IMG/VR virus record: IMGVR_UViG_3300025387_000009
DNA from: a virus
Taxonomy: Duplodnaviria; Caudoviricetes
DNA: 64,000 nt
Direction: 5' to 3' (one strand)
Below the pieces are notes generated by a model. The model saw nothing but the letters and a program-made list of their open reading frames with translations. It did no database searches and was not told the DNA's origin. Of the stretch, positions 62,906-64,000 are shown in pieces. The stretch's first letter is position 1. The number at the start of each line of letters is the position of its first letter. Made by a program: the position numbers and the translations under genes.

Positions 62906-63892
62906 ATGGCACATATGATAATGGACAGGGACACGCAGGAAGGCGTGGAGGTAGCATGGCACAAGCTGACGGTCGTGAAGGAGAAGCTCTCCCTCAAGGA
63001 GGATTGCGGCATCCGTTACCCTATGGTCACGGTTCCTCTCTCCTACACACTTGGTGACAAGGTGATCGAAACCGAAGCCAAGCAGATCATCTCTCTTGAT
63101 GATGGTCTCCCCATTGGCAATCCGGTTTCCTCCTCCTATGGTATGATCACCAACGAGCAGATGCTCGACATGATCAGCGATGCTCTGCTAGGAACCCGTT
63201 ACGAGATCGTCTCCTTGGGGACAGTCTGCAATCGTGCAAAGGCATTCGTCAGCATCAAGCTGTCGGATGATATCGTCGCCGCTGGTCGCCTCACAAAGAA
63301 TGTTCTCAACATCATGTGGGGGCATGGAGGTCTCATGAGCGTGATCGGTAACTCTGGGCTGACCGTTGTGGTCTGTCAGAACACGCTCAACGTAGCCTTG
63401 GCGGAGAAGGGAGATTTCCGCTTCACCATCAAGCATACCAAGTTCGCCGCTGATCGTCTGGGCGGAATGGCAGAGGCTATCGACCGCCACTGTGGAGTCG
63501 TGGCAGAGTTCCAAGCGGCGATGGATTCCCTCGACAGCATCGACTGTGAGGAGGAGACAGCGAGGAAAATCACAGCAGGGATTCTCACTCCCGCATCGTT
63601 TGAAAAGGAAGCCAAGGTTTCCACTCGCACGATGAATATGGTCGATAAGGTTGTCAGCCTCTATCGTCATGGAGCAGGGAACAACGGTCGCACGATGGCT
63701 GACCTGTTCAATGGAGCCACTGACTACTTCACGCACGAGTCGAGCGGAGGTGATGATCCTTGGAAGCAGTTCGTCTCTTCCGAGTTCGGCTCCGCCGCTG
63801 ACAGCAAGAGGGAGTGGTTCAACGTCCTGACCGACGATACCTCTCGCCAACTCATGAAGGCAAGGGGAGAGCAGGTTCTCCTAGTCGCCTAG
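62906..63892 (+). CDS. DUF932/DUF945-family phage-plasmid protein
   Basis: MAH...AWHKL...Y....NEQ..D.I...VVVCQNTL...IKHT...TM.DLFNG.TDYFTH family pattern. Confidence 0.8.
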   Translation: MAHMIMDRDTQEGVEVAWHKLTVVKEKLSLKEDCGIRYPMVTVPLSYTLGDKVIETEAKQIISLDDGLPIGNPVSSSYGMITNEQMLDMISDALLGTRYEIVSLGTVCNRAKAFVSIKLSDDIVAAGRLTKNVLNIMWGHGGLMSVIGNSGLTVVVCQNTLNVALAEKGDFRFTIKHTKFAADRLGGMAEAIDRHCGVVAEFQAAMDSLDSIDCEEETARKITAGILTPASFEKEAKVSTRTMNMVDKVVSLYRHGAGNNGRTMADLFNGATDYFTHESSGGDDPWKQFVSSEFGSAADSKREWFNVLTDDTSRQLMKARGEQVLLVA

Positions 63893-63911
63893 TCCTTAAC
63901 TGTCAAGTCAG

Positions 63912-63948
63912 TCCCTCCTAGCCGAAAGGTTGGGAGGGATTTTCTTTT
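63912..63948 (+). terminator. Rho-independent terminator with a GAAA loop
   Basis: TCCCTCCTAGCC-GAAA-GGTTGGGAGGGA followed by TTTTCTTTT. Confidence 0.85.
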
Positions 63949-64000
63949 GCCTGATGCGTAACAATACGCTTGACATTTCCACCAGACCCTACTGGGAAAA

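Noticed and set aside
63188-63850. 220-aa antisense ORF, and similar antisense ORFs at 53546, 46606, 58729 and 36380
   Set aside because: These are shadows of strongly supported sense genes with biased codon usage and have no independent start signals.
1-64000. Stop-codon reassignment
   Set aside because: Very long ORFs are intact in the standard code, TAA, TAG and TGA all end genes, and no suppressor tRNA is present.

Overview
Fragment of a large, T4-like (jumbo) tailed bacteriophage genome in the standard genetic code, with three zones. (1) 1-35.2 kb is an AT-rich late structural block of very large repeat-rich fibre/baseplate-type proteins (PKD, NHL, YadA-like head repeats, RCC1, beta-propeller, LamG, vWA). 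Many genes there carry a TAAATA/TAAGTA late-promoter-like box 5-10 nt before the start codon. (2) 35.2-48.3 kb is a mixed accessory block: probable internal head proteins, a PQ-loop transporter, an ABC-ATPase/GNAT fusion, a lipoprotein pair, thioredoxin and a papain-like peptidase. (3) After a ~730-bp palindrome-rich non-coding hub (48.3-49.0 kb) comes a GC-richer, co-directional early-type region with sigma70-like promoters, rIIA/rIIB, three tRNAs, an HNH relic, an HhH-GPD glycosylase, a DUF1281-like and a DUF932-like gene, and many small ORFs. The most striking unexplained signal is a fixed-geometry 37-bp element, TTGGG-N11-RAA-N8-TTTTA-CCCAA. It occurs in 8 full copies plus several half copies, all but one intergenic, typically between a terminator and the next promoter in the early region. 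Also notable are two candidate structured RNAs (about 55152-55375 and 57330-57426), an 18-bp-periodic iteron-like repeat at three loci, and an atypical tRNA-Lys. No database searches were possible, so product names rest on motifs recognised by eye.
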